This document shows, piece after piece, positions 50,345 through 61,037 of a stretch of DNA of 64,000 nt (position 1 is the stretch's first letter; each line of letters starts with the position of its first letter). The stretch is from Bdellovibrionales bacterium (GTDB lineage Bacteria > Bdellovibrionota > Bdellovibrionia > Bdellovibrionales > CAYMLA01). Position numbers and translations under genes: made by a program. The stretch covers positions 1-64,000 of the forward strand of contig OZ244239.1 in the NCBI GenBank assembly GCA_965217115.1, given 5' to 3'. A model generated the notes under the pieces. It had not been told where the DNA came from. It ran no database searches and worked only from the letters and a program-made list of their open reading frames with translations.

Positions 50345-50728
50345 ATGGGGAATTTTGCTTTACGGGTTGTACTGATTGTTTTTAACGGGGCCCCTTTGCT
50401 TTTGCAAGGAGCTGAGGCGGGTGAGGTCAGTGGACAAGGGAAAATTAGCATTAAGAGAATGGCTCCAAAATCTATGAATGTACAGAGACAGGGATGGTAC
50501 ACAGTTCAGGTGGGAGTCTTTCGTAAAAAAAACAATGCTGCCCGCCTTTATCAAACCCTAAGAGATCAGGATCTCTTTGTAAAAATTTTATCCATGAAAC
50601 ATAAAAGATTGGGCTCTGTCTATGTCGTACGTACAAAAGTGATGAAATACTATAAAGCCAAATCCTATGGCCGAATTCTCTCTGAAGCTACGGGGTTAAA
50701 ACCATCTTTGGTAAGAATGCATCACTAG
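50345..50728 (+). CDS. SPOR domain protein
   Basis: WYTVQVGVFRKKNNA..L...L SPOR signature; N-terminal signal-like segment. Confidence 0.8.
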   Translation: MGNFALRVVLIVFNGAPLLLQGAEAGEVSGQGKISIKRMAPKSMNVQRQGWYTVQVGVFRKKNNAARLYQTLRDQDLFVKILSMKHKRLGSVYVVRTKVMKYYKAKSYGRILSEATGLKPSLVRMHH

Positions 50729-51088
50729 AAAGCCTATTCTTGGAGAAGACAGAGAATGCTACAGGGGCATGCGGCTTTAGTCTAGATCAGACAATGTTCT
50801 TTTTAGTAGACACTCTACCAACGAAGAGATGGGCACAAGATATCTAGATGGAATTCCACTCTTATCCCGACCTTGTGATGGTTTTAGGCCAGTGATCCCT
50901 TTGAAGGAATTCGATTCATTTACACGGATATAAAAAAACACTACCATTAGAGTATGGCGTAGGGTGGCTGGGGAAAAAACTTTCGAAAGCTATTAACCTG
51001 TCGGTTTGCGACAAGCGTCAATAAAACTAAGAGAGTGGGAAAACCTAAACTCTTTAAAATGGTAAAACTATTCTAGGAGGGAGCAAGG

Positions 51089-51490
51089 ATGCTTAGAGAA
51101 ACGTTGATTCAGAAAGGACTTTCGAATCGTGAGGCAGAGGTCGCAGTGTTGGTTTCTCAGGGCCTACCAAACAAAGAAGTCGCCGAGAAACTTTTTGTTA
51201 CAGAGAAGACAGTTAAATTTCATTTAACTAATATTTACAAAAAAATGTGCGTGAAATCTCGTGCTCAATTAATTGTATGGTGCTTACCTCATATGAGTTT
51301 TGTTGAAAATCAGACTCCTGCTGTACAGAATCAAAATATTAATAATGGCCCCTACGGTGCCACCACGCAAACGGCAACAATTCCTGCTGGTAACAGCACA
51401 GTTGCCGAAGATGCAGAAGCATTTCTTCCCCATAAGAACAGCGGTTTTGGTGATGGAGAACACTCTGGTGAAAACGGAGCTGGTCAGTAG
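51089..51490 (+). CDS. LuxR-type HTH transcriptional regulator without a receiver domain
   Basis: LSNREAEV..GLPNKEVAEKLFVTEKTVKFHLTNIYKK; GGAGG RBS. Confidence 0.92.
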   Translation: MLRETLIQKGLSNREAEVAVLVSQGLPNKEVAEKLFVTEKTVKFHLTNIYKKMCVKSRAQLIVWCLPHMSFVENQTPAVQNQNINNGPYGATTQTATIPAGNSTVAEDAEAFLPHKNSGFGDGEHSGENGAGQ

Positions 51491-51516
51491 GTTTTTTGTT
51501 TTATTCATGCTTAGGA

Positions 51517-51574
51517 AAAGAGAGCTCTTAGCTTTCTTTTTTTTTGTCCTGCTCGCCACGGCCAACGTGGCGAG
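51517..51574. terminator. Terminator region between convergent genes
   Basis: AAAAGAGAGC-tctta-GCTTTCTTTT with T-tract, then perfect hairpin CTCGCCACG-gccaa-CGTGGCGAG. Confidence 0.65.
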
Positions 51575-51575
51575 G

Positions 51576-51866
51576 CTACTTAAGCTTGCTATAATAGCTA
51601 GCTAATTCTTCCATATCTTTATCAGAGAGTATCTTAGCCATAGGGGCCATTGCAGGGTCTTTGCGGAGACCACTTTTAAAGGCCTGTAGCTGTTTGAGTA
51701 AATAAGCTTTTTTCTGCCCATTAAGATTAGGATAAATAGGTGCTGTGCCTACCCCGTTAGTGCCATGACAGGCAGCGCAAACAGCTAGTTTAGCAGGTTT
51801 GGCTAGGCAGGACAGTGCTAAAGAAGAAGTTATTAGAAAAAGGGTTATCAGTGAGAGTTTCTTCAT
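51576..51866 (-). CDS. Monoheme cytochrome c (c553/c4-like)
   Basis: Signal peptide, CAACHG, YPNLNGQ, distal Met; AGGAG RBS before ATG 51866. Confidence 0.93.
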   Translation of the reverse strand: MKKLSLITLFLITSSLALSCLAKPAKLAVCAACHGTNGVGTAPIYPNLNGQKKAYLLKQLQAFKSGLRKDPAMAPMAKILSDKDMEELASYYSKLK

Positions 51867-51923
51867 AATTAAGCTCCTATTTTTAATTTGTACACCCAAC
51901 TCTATTTAGTCATTCCCCTGAAA

Positions 51924-51950
51924 ACATCGGCTTCTTTTTGCTTTTCCTTA
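51924..51950 (-). promoter_or_regulatory. Putative sigma28 (FliA) promoter
   Basis: Minus strand TAAG-N15-GCCGATGT upstream of the cytochrome c gene. Confidence 0.55.
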
Positions 51951-52023
51951 AGTTTTAAAATAAAACCAGTGAATATTTTAATAAGCTATATAGTATACCA
52001 TAGTAACTAAGAGAGGATATTCA

Positions 52024-53868
52024 TTGAAATTTAGAGATGTTTGTAAATGTTTGCTATTGGTGTTGTTCTTTCTGACACTTCTGCGGTGTGGGTTTATTTC
52101 CTATGCTCACTCTGGGAATGTTTCTTTAGACAACGGCTTGTTTTTTAGGACTCTTCTTTGGGGTCTTCGTTATGATTTAGCCACAGTTCTTATCTTAAAT
52201 CTTCCTTTTATTTTGTTACATCAAGTGCTTTGGCGAAATCTACTAAAGTCATACTATGTTCTTATAAATGGAGGGCTGTTATTTTTAAATATAGTTGATA
52301 TCCCTTTATACACCTTTACTAATAAACGTATGACTGGAGATTTTATTTATTTTATTCAAGATGCTTGGCAGCAGTCCTGGCATCTGTTGTCGGATTTTTC
52401 TTTTATCCCCTTATTGGGAGGGTTGTTGTTCTTCCTATTATTAAAAGGTTCTTCTTTATTTTTTGAGAAACCATCCGTGAAGGATCAATTACTTGAGCCT
52501 TATGGGCTAAGTAAACGTTTTTTGATATTAGATTTTCTCCATTGGAAGCAGTTATTGAAGTTGACAGTGACTCTGGCATTTCTTGTTATTGCAATTAGAG
52601 GTGGTTTACAGAGTAAACCACTCTCGGTGGTGCATGCCCATACGCTGAAAAACTCTTTTGCCTCTTCAGCGGCTCAAAATACAGGGTTCTCCATTTTGCA
52701 AAGTTTGTATAAAGGGGGCATTAAGAAGTATCATTTCTTTTCTAGTAGAGATGAAGTATTAAAAATTCTTCGCCCGCAGTATTGTAAAAGTGATTTTCAT
52801 GGAAGAGGAAAGGGGTTTAACACGGTCGTGATCATTGTTGAGAGTCTTGCTCGTGAATACATGGGCTTGGGGAACGACTACAAAGGCTATACACCATTTC
52901 TAGATGAGCTAGCCAGTGAGAGTCTATTCTTTTCAAATACGGTTGCCAATGGGCAGAGATCTATTGAATCTCTACCAGCCATTTTAGCTTCAGTTCCACA
53001 TTTATTAAATGAGGCGTTTTCGACCACATCTTATATGCAGAATAGGTTTTCCAGTTTAGGGCAAATTTTAAATCACAGAGGCTATGAGACATCCTTTTTC
53101 CATGGAGGAAGAAATGGCACCATGTATTTTGATTCAACTGCAGCGAGGTTAGGGTTTGAAAAGTATTATGGATTAGATGAATACCCAAAGAGAGAGAGAG
53201 ATTTTGATGGTGCTTGGGGAATCTTTGATGGCCCTTTTTTACAGTTTTCATTAAAAGAGATGAGTCAACAAAGAGAGCCTTGGGCATCGGTGATGTTTAC
53301 TCTAAGCTCACACCATCCCTATAAAATCCCGAAAGGGCTTCAAGATCAATTTAAAGGTGGTCATTTAAAAATACACAAGAGCATAGAGTATGTTGATTGG
53401 GCTTTACGTGGTTTTTTTAAAAAGGCATCTCAGGAGCCTTGGTACAAGAGAACATTATTTGTAATAACAGGGGATCATACACAGAAGAACCATGAACCCG
53501 CCTATAGCACACGGGTTAAAAGGCGTCTTGTGCCACTTTACTTCTATCTGCCTGGTCAGGAAGACTTAAGAGGGGCTTTTTCTCAACAGGTGCAGCAATT
53601 AGATATTTTCCCATCTATTTTGGATATTCTGGGGGTATCTAGTAGAAGCTCTCTTCCTTTTTCCCAGTCTGTTTTTTCTGAGTGCTATGAGTCACGGGCG
53701 TTATTTTTTGAACAAGGGGCCTTTTGGTTAAGTGATGGTTCTGATTTGCTTAGATATGATGACAACGAGTCTAATTCTTCTCAGAACGGGAGAGATAAAG
53801 ATAAAGAGCGTCTATTGAAAGCGAGTTTGCAGTATTTCTTTAATGGCTTGATTGAAAATAATTGGTAA
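52024..53868 (+). CDS. LTA synthase family / sulfatase-like membrane phosphoglycerol transferase
   Basis: GLRYD, IRGG, IIVESL, TLSSHHPY, ITGDH; N-terminal TM segments. Confidence 0.9.
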   Translation: MKFRDVCKCLLLVLFFLTLLRCGFISYAHSGNVSLDNGLFFRTLLWGLRYDLATVLILNLPFILLHQVLWRNLLKSYYVLINGGLLFLNIVDIPLYTFTNKRMTGDFIYFIQDAWQQSWHLLSDFSFIPLLGGLLFFLLLKGSSLFFEKPSVKDQLLEPYGLSKRFLILDFLHWKQLLKLTVTLAFLVIAIRGGLQSKPLSVVHAHTLKNSFASSAAQNTGFSILQSLYKGGIKKYHFFSSRDEVLKILRPQYCKSDFHGRGKGFNTVVIIVESLAREYMGLGNDYKGYTPFLDELASESLFFSNTVANGQRSIESLPAILASVPHLLNEAFSTTSYMQNRFSSLGQILNHRGYETSFFHGGRNGTMYFDSTAARLGFEKYYGLDEYPKRERDFDGAWGIFDGPFLQFSLKEMSQQREPWASVMFTLSSHHPYKIPKGLQDQFKGGHLKIHKSIEYVDWALRGFFKKASQEPWYKRTLFVITGDHTQKNHEPAYSTRVKRRLVPLYFYLPGQEDLRGAFSQQVQQLDIFPSILDILGVSSRSSLPFSQSVFSECYESRALFFEQGAFWLSDGSDLLRYDDNESNSSQNGRDKDKERLLKASLQYFFNGLIENNW

Positions 53869-53902
53869 TATTATCTAGTGTAACTATCGATGATTTTTTT
53901 GG

Positions 53903-56900
53903 TCATGGTAGAGTGTCGAGTAGGTAATCAAAATCTTCTCTAGAGATTCTATGGGACCCTTCTGTTGTGGGAGCACTTTGATCTTCTGTCTCCTTAAATA
54001 AGGCTGCAAATTTAGAGGCTTTTCGCTCTTTAAGAACTTCCACTTTTTCTTCGATACTCTCTTTCATCAGATAGCGATAAACAGTGATGGGCTTAGTTTG
54101 GCCGATACGGTGTGTTCTGTCTGTAGCCTGATTTTCAACAGCAGGATTCCACCAGGGTTCTAGGTGAAAAACATAACTAGCCTTGGTTAAGTTTAAGCCA
54201 GTACCACCAGTCTTAAGAGTCATAATAAAAACAGCCCCTGTTTTGCAATTATCAAAACCCTTTAAGGCCTCCTCACGTTTTTTTTGATTTAAGCTACCAT
54301 GTAAGACAAAGACAGGGATACCTTTTAGGGTTATTTCCTTTTCTAAACGCCGTAAAGTAGTAAGAAATTGAGTGAAGATGATAGCACTGTCATTGTTCTG
54401 AATAATGTCATCAATGGAGTCAGTGAGAGTAGATATCTTAGGAGGCAAATCTGGATAAGTCACATTGGGAATACTTGCAGGATCAGAACAGGCCTGTCTT
54501 AATCTAAGTAGGGCCGTAAGCATGATGATCTGAGTTTTTGCCTCTCCAACATTACTGATTGAGTCTTTTACTTTTGCCTGCCATGACATAGCCAAGTTCT
54601 TATAGATCATTTTCTGTTTTTCGCAGAATGGAATTTTAAGAATGATCTCCGTCTTTGGCGGTAGGTCCTTGAGAATTTGTGATTTAGTTCTTCTAAGAAT
54701 CAAAGGCTTAATCTGTAACTTTAAATGATGTATGTTTGAAGGTTGTACAGAATTTGATGAAACAAACATTTTCTTAAATTCAGACAAATCACCAAGACTG
54801 CCCGGCACAACAAGGTCCATTAGAGAGTAGAGTTCACCATAGTGATTCTCCATAGGAGTACCTGTTAGACAGAGTTTAAATTTAGCACTTATCTGCCTGG
54901 CCGCACAGGTTCTCTTAGCCGTGATATTTTTTAGATTTTGGGCCTCATCGTAAACATGTGAATTCCATTGAAATTGAGAAAAGAAATCTTGATTTTCAGT
55001 CAACAGACCATAGGTTGTAATAATCACGCAATGGTTGTTTATCTTTAGAAAATCAGTCAATTTCCCTTTTTCTTTGGAAGAGAATCTTATGATTGGGAGC
55101 TCTGGTGTGAACTTTTCGCTCTCACTGACCCAGTTATAGGTTAAAGAGGTTGGGACGATAACTAGATTATAGCCTAGTTTGTTCTTTGAGCGCAAAAACT
55201 CAAAGAAAGAGAGCGCCTGAACTGTTTTACCTAAGCCCATATCATCAGCCAGAATTCCTCCTAGGCCAAGATTGTAGAGGTCTAAAATCCAATTCAAGCC
55301 ATTGTCTTGATAGGGTTTCAAGTTTGCTCGAAAAGAATCGGGTAGATTTAGAGGTTGCCGTGGTTTGTCTAAGTTATCATAAAATTCACAGATCTGCTTC
55401 CAGCGTTTATTTCCGGTAATAGGAATACCAGTGGCTCTTAATGCTAATAGATCGAGAATTTGATGGCGTGGTAACATAAAATAGGATGAATCATCCAAAT
55501 CTTTCCGTGGCATTCTCTTCCAAAACCACTGAAGTGCCTTAAGAGTAGGAACGTCATTAGTGTCGTTAAGGATATAGAATTTACCTTGATGATCAAGAGC
55601 ACTTTCTTCGAGTAAATGATAAATTTGATCAGGAGAAACTTTTCCCTTATTGAGAAAAAATTCTGGATCAAGAGCAAACCAGTCAATGTTATCGTGACCT
55701 TCTCTCTCGACCAAATGTAGGTGACCAGAAAAATTCTTGTCTGTTATAAAGTACACCTCCAAGCCTTTGTAGTAACAGACAACATTATCTTCTGAGCTGT
55801 AGTATTTCCAAGGAGAGAGAGTCCACTTATTTAGCTCATCATCCCTTAATAGAGGATAGGAGTGAGCTTCTTGAGTATTGCTGGCAATAGAAAATTTTGG
55901 AAATTCTTCTATCACAGGAGTAAAACTTTTATTCTGTCTTGTTAGACATTGTTCCCTTGTACTATCACAGACACTCTTGAGCCAATTCTTAATAAACTGT
56001 AAATGCAACAGATGTGCTTTTGGAATTTGATACAGATTTTTTTTATAAAGAAAATTAACAGGAGCTAAGGCTTGTTTAATCAACTCAATCGTTCCATCAG
56101 TGAAATTCTGGATAAGAAGGTGAGAGCAGACACTTTTTATGGAATTCTTTCTTGGCATTGAAGGCGTGTTCGAATAACTGAATATGATATGGGCCATTTT
56201 CTTGAAAATAGGTTCAAGAATCTGACGGGCCATAGATTCATTGATTTGTTCGTTGTTGTAGAGGCTATCTTCATTATCGAGAAGCCATTGAATTAGCTCT
56301 GTGACAAAAATGAATGACAAACCCCGATGTTTAAAGACTCGTAGATCCATATCTCGAATAATGTCTTTACGACGTGTTCTAATTTTACTCTCTTTCATAC
56401 AGGGAAAGGATTTAAACCCATTAGCCAGAATTTCGACTAAAGAATGTTGAAAACCAGTGAGATTAGATAGCCACAATGTTTCATCAGAGAGTTGAATTTT
56501 TAATGATACTACACATCGGTTGTCATCAAAAAAATAATGAGGCTTTACTTTGTCGTGAGAGATAGTGATTGAATCTTGAGATACTCGGAAGTTCACATGA
56601 TTATTTTCGCAGAGGTGCTGTAGATTATTAATAACAGGCGAAACGGAGTCAAATTGAGTAAGATCGATTTCAAACCATTTAGGTTTTAGCAGTGGCATCT
56701 GTGGAGAGTCTTCTTGAGTTTTTAAGTATCTATAAATAAAGCTGGAAAAAGGATGGAAATACAGTTGTAGGGAATTTTGATCGTATAAGCCATTAAGAAA
56801 GGAAATTTTATCTTTAAAGATATTCTGGCTAAAAGAAACGGTCGAGCTTTTTTTCTGGGCGCGTAGCATCTTAAGGTTGAGTTCCCAGTGGGTTGCATGA

Positions 56901-57934
56901 ACTTTCTTTTGACTACCGATTTGCCTCTCTTGAGGGAGGGTATTGTGACCTGCTTGTGCGAACGAGATATGATTTAGGGGGAAGATATAAAATTGGTGGA
57001 TTGTCTCTAATGCAAAATAGGTGTTGATTCGATGCTGCTGTCTTGTTTTAAGAGCATTCCATAAAATAGATATGGCTGCTGAGTATTTATTGCGATTTAC
57101 TTCTGTTCGCTCATAGGTCTTAATGTAGGGGTCTAAATGACTAAGAATAATTTTTGAAGGAAGCAGGTCCTTATGAAGAATCCTTGCATGGGGGTGAAAG
57201 TGAATTTTATTTAGATTCAACTGAGTGCCATCTGAAAACACATATATTAAATCGTAAAAAGATTGCTGTATCTTTTTATGGAGGCCCATAGTTGGTGGGA
57301 TGTTGACTGGAGATGGAACATTCTTAGCATTGAAGAAAGAGTTGACGGGCTGGCTTTCAAAAAGACCTGGATTATTTTCTTCTTTAATAAGGATGTTTTG
57401 ATGGGATTCGAGGCCATCAACAGAGGAGTTCTCTAAAATATTTTGGTCTACCTTTATGGTAAAGATAATTTTTTGTAATTTTGTTCCAGTGCCCTCTAAC
57501 TCTCCTTTAAGAAGAATTTTCTCCATCTGTATCATCATTTGCGAAAATTCGTCTGTGTGAAATACTTTCCACATGAGTAACTCTGCGGCTCCTATAACGG
57601 ATGCCATCTCTACCTGTGAGAGTTCTTCCTCTAAACATAGGGCAGTAATAGTTGGCGTACAAAGTTCATGACTTTGGTAGTGTTCAAGATTAAAATTAAA
57701 GCTAATAGCAACGTGATTGAGAACAACTCCTCTTAGAGATATGAGATTCGGAGTTTCTATGAGCTGTAATTTGGTCGATTGGTCAAAGGTTTTTAAAATT
57801 TCTTGAAGGTTCCCATCGGATAAACCTTGTTCCTGCAATTTCTCTCGCAAGTCGCTGAATTGACTGGGTAACCAAGCAAGGAGACTTTTTTCCAACCAAT
57901 CGGCGTACTGTAAATGGGAGAGCTTTTGAGACAT
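53903..57934 (-). CDS. SNF2-family DEAD/DEAH helicase with a large N-terminal extension
   Basis: GGILADDMGLGKT, DEAQ, LTGTPMEN, GGTGLNLT, PWWNPAVENQATDRTHRIGQ (ORF open from 57982). Confidence 0.95.
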   Translation of the reverse strand: MSQKLSHLQYADWLEKSLLAWLPSQFSDLREKLQEQGLSDGNLQEILKTFDQSTKLQLIETPNLISLRGVVLNHVAISFNFNLEHYQSHELCTPTITALCLEEELSQVEMASVIGAAELLMWKVFHTDEFSQMMIQMEKILLKGELEGTGTKLQKIIFTIKVDQNILENSSVDGLESHQNILIKEENNPGLFESQPVNSFFNAKNVPSPVNIPPTMGLHKKIQQSFYDLIYVFSDGTQLNLNKIHFHPHARILHKDLLPSKIILSHLDPYIKTYERTEVNRNKYSAAISILWNALKTRQQHRINTYFALETIHQFYIFPLNHISFAQAGHNTLPQERQIGSQKKVHATHWELNLKMLRAQKKSSTVSFSQNIFKDKISFLNGLYDQNSLQLYFHPFSSFIYRYLKTQEDSPQMPLLKPKWFEIDLTQFDSVSPVINNLQHLCENNHVNFRVSQDSITISHDKVKPHYFFDDNRCVVSLKIQLSDETLWLSNLTGFQHSLVEILANGFKSFPCMKESKIRTRRKDIIRDMDLRVFKHRGLSFIFVTELIQWLLDNEDSLYNNEQINESMARQILEPIFKKMAHIIFSYSNTPSMPRKNSIKSVCSHLLIQNFTDGTIELIKQALAPVNFLYKKNLYQIPKAHLLHLQFIKNWLKSVCDSTREQCLTRQNKSFTPVIEEFPKFSIASNTQEAHSYPLLRDDELNKWTLSPWKYYSSEDNVVCYYKGLEVYFITDKNFSGHLHLVEREGHDNIDWFALDPEFFLNKGKVSPDQIYHLLEESALDHQGKFYILNDTNDVPTLKALQWFWKRMPRKDLDDSSYFMLPRHQILDLLALRATGIPITGNKRWKQICEFYDNLDKPRQPLNLPDSFRANLKPYQDNGLNWILDLYNLGLGGILADDMGLGKTVQALSFFEFLRSKNKLGYNLVIVPTSLTYNWVSESEKFTPELPIIRFSSKEKGKLTDFLKINNHCVIITTYGLLTENQDFFSQFQWNSHVYDEAQNLKNITAKRTCAARQISAKFKLCLTGTPMENHYGELYSLMDLVVPGSLGDLSEFKKMFVSSNSVQPSNIHHLKLQIKPLILRRTKSQILKDLPPKTEIILKIPFCEKQKMIYKNLAMSWQAKVKDSISNVGEAKTQIIMLTALLRLRQACSDPASIPNVTYPDLPPKISTLTDSIDDIIQNNDSAIIFTQFLTTLRRLEKEITLKGIPVFVLHGSLNQKKREEALKGFDNCKTGAVFIMTLKTGGTGLNLTKASYVFHLEPWWNPAVENQATDRTHRIGQTKPITVYRYLMKESIEEKVEVLKERKASKFAALFKETEDQSAPTTEGSHRISREDFDYLLDTLP

Positions 57935-58038
57935 TCGAGCAGTGTAACAAAGGAACTTTATGAGTTCAATGGAACATTTCAATTCATTGGAAGAATCATC
58001 TTTTATTGAATAACTGTTGTTTCTATAGAAATAAGATG

Positions 58039-59415
58039 TTAATGGGCGTCTGGCTGAGTTTTTGCTTTATACTGATTGAGAATTTCTGAATAATTCTTTA
58101 TATCGTCTACAAATTTAACAGCATGGGTTCCCTGGGCATAGCCGTTTTTAAGGTTTTTATTGAAGCGAGAATTAACGAGTTTGGACAATGCTTCACGAAC
58201 GGAAATCCAGTTGTAGGAGAAGTGGGGGCTTTTTTTGGCTAAATAAATAGCATCTTCTACATGGGCTAATCCGATTTTATAGGCAGCCAAGGCGACCCAG
58301 ATTAGGTCAGCTCCGAATTCCTTAGGCAAGCGATTCATTTGAATTTTAAGAAGCTGAATATGTTCCTCTAGGGATTCTTTTTGTATCGATGTCCCAAGGG
58401 TGGTTCGCGAGGTGATCCCGAGAGGGTCCCTCTGTGAGGTGGGTGAGGACCACTGGGTTTCGGCGTAATCAAGAGATGCAATGAATATCCAAGGAAGAGC
58501 TGTTTTCTGTGAAATTTTTTGAAAGCTAAATTTACGCTGAGAGAGTTCATCTTTAATTTTTTGATGAAGCTGCTGTGTGTACTGTGTATTAGAGAGAGGT
58601 GCATGGGCATAGTATTTATCGAGAATATTTTTAATTAATTTTTTTGTCGATTTTAATGAGAACCATTGAGAGACCTTTCGATTGAGCGATGGAGTTTTGG
58701 GGCTCAATGCCCAAGAGAGTTCTTGGGTGGAGGACATAGGTCGTTGGACCTTAAGCTCAGGAAAAAATCTTTGATTAATAATAATGATATTGGAGTCAGC
58801 TATTGTGCAATCCACTTTGCGCTGAGAAACTCTGGAGAGAATTTCTTCAGTGGAGAGTTCAGTACTGGATTGCCATTTGAGCCAAGGGTATTTATTTTTT
58901 TTCAGATGAATAAGATTTTCTTCGTAACTTGTTCCGGAAGAGATAAGGAGTGTTTTGTCTTTTAGTTCAGAGACCTTTTTTATAGAGAGACTTTTATAAC
59001 AGACGAGCTGTTGACGTATTTTCTGATAACTAGGGCTAAAGTTGAGAAACTGTTTTCTTTTGTTGGTAATAGTGAGGCCAGCCGCGGCGATGTGCCATTG
59101 ATCTCTCTGAAAGCCTTCGATAATCTCTTGAGTTGTGTTGACAGTTTGAAACTCAATCTCTCTTCCTAAGTATTGAGAAAATGCCGTGATCATCTCTGTC
59201 TCAGGTCCCATCCACTGTCCTTTGGGATGCCTATAGCGAGTCGTAGGACCATTACGGGTGACGACACGAAGAGTTGATGATTGCAGAAATTCTTCGTCAG
59301 GATTTTGTGGCTGCTGTGTGCAGCTGGTGACAAGAACTGAGATAAAATACACGATAATGATTGTTGAGATCACTTTGGTAAGAGAGAGCATTTGATCACT
59401 CTGACACAGTTCCAT
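58039..59415 (-). CDS. mltF: MltF-like protein (substrate-binding domain plus divergent SLT domain)
   Basis: LRVVTRNGPTT, IAAAGLTIT, IADS, ALAAYKIGLAHVEDA, GYAQG. Confidence 0.8.
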   Translation of the reverse strand: MELCQSDQMLSLTKVISTIIIVYFISVLVTSCTQQPQNPDEEFLQSSTLRVVTRNGPTTRYRHPKGQWMGPETEMITAFSQYLGREIEFQTVNTTQEIIEGFQRDQWHIAAAGLTITNKRKQFLNFSPSYQKIRQQLVCYKSLSIKKVSELKDKTLLISSGTSYEENLIHLKKNKYPWLKWQSSTELSTEEILSRVSQRKVDCTIADSNIIIINQRFFPELKVQRPMSSTQELSWALSPKTPSLNRKVSQWFSLKSTKKLIKNILDKYYAHAPLSNTQYTQQLHQKIKDELSQRKFSFQKISQKTALPWIFIASLDYAETQWSSPTSQRDPLGITSRTTLGTSIQKESLEEHIQLLKIQMNRLPKEFGADLIWVALAAYKIGLAHVEDAIYLAKKSPHFSYNWISVREALSKLVNSRFNKNLKNGYAQGTHAVKFVDDIKNYSEILNQYKAKTQPDAH

Positions 59416-59484
59416 ATTTGGGTCAAAGTAACCATTTAGGTGTGTTTAAAAAAATATTCTAAAATACACTTAAATGGTTGCGAG

Positions 59485-60843
59485 TCAAAATGTGGAACCA
59501 AAAAATGCCAAACCAGCAGTGGCTAGACCGAGAAATGAAAAGAAGCCAAAGATATCGGTTAAGGTTGTAACAAGAACACCACTACCAATGGCGGGGTCAC
59601 GACCACTTTTCTTTAAATATATAGGGACTAAAGCTCCAATGATAGAAGCAATAAAAGCGTTAACGATCATGGCGATACAAATAACAAACGCTACAAGAAG
59701 GTTCGATTTCCAAAAATAAACTAGGAACCCAGTCGCTATGCCTATGATAACTCCTAGGGAGACACCAACATAGGCTTCTTTTAAGACGGCTTTACGAATG
59801 CTGATGAAATCAAAGTCTCCCGTGGCGAGTCCACGCGTTACGACAGTGAGTGTCTGTACAGCTGTGTTACCCCCAAGGCCAGCGACTATATTATTTAATG
59901 AGGCAAGAATAATTAATTGGCTCATGGTATTCTCAAACAAACTAACCACTGAACTGGCAATGGCGGCAAGAAAGAGATTGAGGAACATCCATGGCAGGCG
60001 TCCACGTAAACTGGTTTTTGCAGGACTGTAGACTCGATCACCCTCTTGGAGTCCTACAGAAGCGTAAATATTAGCGGTGGCTTGCTCTTCGATCACATCT
60101 AAGACATCATCCACGGTAATAAGGCCGATGAGACGATCTTCTTTATTGATAACGGGTATAGCAATATAATCATAATGGCTAACGATCCGTGCAACGTCTT
60201 CTTGAGAACTGTCTGGGGAGACAGTGACAAGATCAGACTTAAAGAGTTTCTTTAAGTGTGTCTCGGCAGGTGCTGTCGCAAGAGCGCGTAGGGAAATAAC
60301 ACCCACTAAACGTCTGTCCTCATCGACACAATATATGTAATAGATAGACTCTATCTGCGCCCGCTTACGTAACTCTGTAAGTCCTTCAGCCGCGGTGAGA
60401 TGGCTACTAAGGGAGAAGAAGTCAGTGTGCATGAGTTGACCTGCTGAGCCATCAGTGTAGTTCAGCAGTTGACGCAATTTGTCTCGTTTGACTTCATTGA
60501 GCCTCTCAAGCATTTGCTGTCGCTCTTCTTCAGGGAATTGTTTAAGAAACTGGGCGGCATCACCCTCAGGAGAATTCGTAAATATAGAGGTTAATTCCAG
60601 ATCGTTCAGTCCACCTAGGACTTGTTTGAGCTGAGGGGCTGGCAGCTCCATAAGAGTGATACTTATGCGATTGATTGAAACAAGAGCATTTACAAGTAAG
60701 CGACTCTCCCTGTCATTTAGGAGAGAAAACAAGGAGGCTAAGTCTGCAGGGGGGATTTTATTTAAAATTCCCTGGAGAGGTCTGCTATTACGACCGACGA
60801 GGAGTCTTTTTATAATGGAGATATTTGTTGAATTCAGGTTCAA
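59485..60843 (-). CDS. mgtE: Magnesium transporter MgtE
   Basis: CBS pair (SAGQLM..GLITVDD), RLPW, GGN, DPAIGSGVLVTTLTD. Confidence 0.96.
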   Translation of the reverse strand: MNLNSTNISIIKRLLVGRNSRPLQGILNKIPPADLASLFSLLNDRESRLLVNALVSINRISITLMELPAPQLKQVLGGLNDLELTSIFTNSPEGDAAQFLKQFPEEERQQMLERLNEVKRDKLRQLLNYTDGSAGQLMHTDFFSLSSHLTAAEGLTELRKRAQIESIYYIYCVDEDRRLVGVISLRALATAPAETHLKKLFKSDLVTVSPDSSQEDVARIVSHYDYIAIPVINKEDRLIGLITVDDVLDVIEEQATANIYASVGLQEGDRVYSPAKTSLRGRLPWMFLNLFLAAIASSVVSLFENTMSQLIILASLNNIVAGLGGNTAVQTLTVVTRGLATGDFDFISIRKAVLKEAYVGVSLGVIIGIATGFLVYFWKSNLLVAFVICIAMIVNAFIASIIGALVPIYLKKSGRDPAIGSGVLVTTLTDIFGFFSFLGLATAGLAFFGSTF

Positions 60844-61037
60844 AAGTGCCTCTAACTATTGTGTTTATACAAAAAGCCAATTATAATATCACCGTCGGTT
60901 TCTTTAAACCTGATGGCTTGATACTAAATTGGTCTGAGTTGATTTATTATACCTTTAGACTTTTTCCAGGGCTATCATTAATTTTTTTGATTCCTTTTTG
61001 AAGGAATTTTATAAATTTATATCTAGGGGAGTCCATT

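Noticed and set aside
50955..51085. c-di-GMP riboswitch
   Set aside because: The class I and class II conserved motifs could not be matched.
53903..57934. SNF2 helicase as part of an anti-phage system
   Set aside because: It is solitary among housekeeping genes, with no methylase or nuclease partner nearby; the PLD gene is 28 kb away and secreted.
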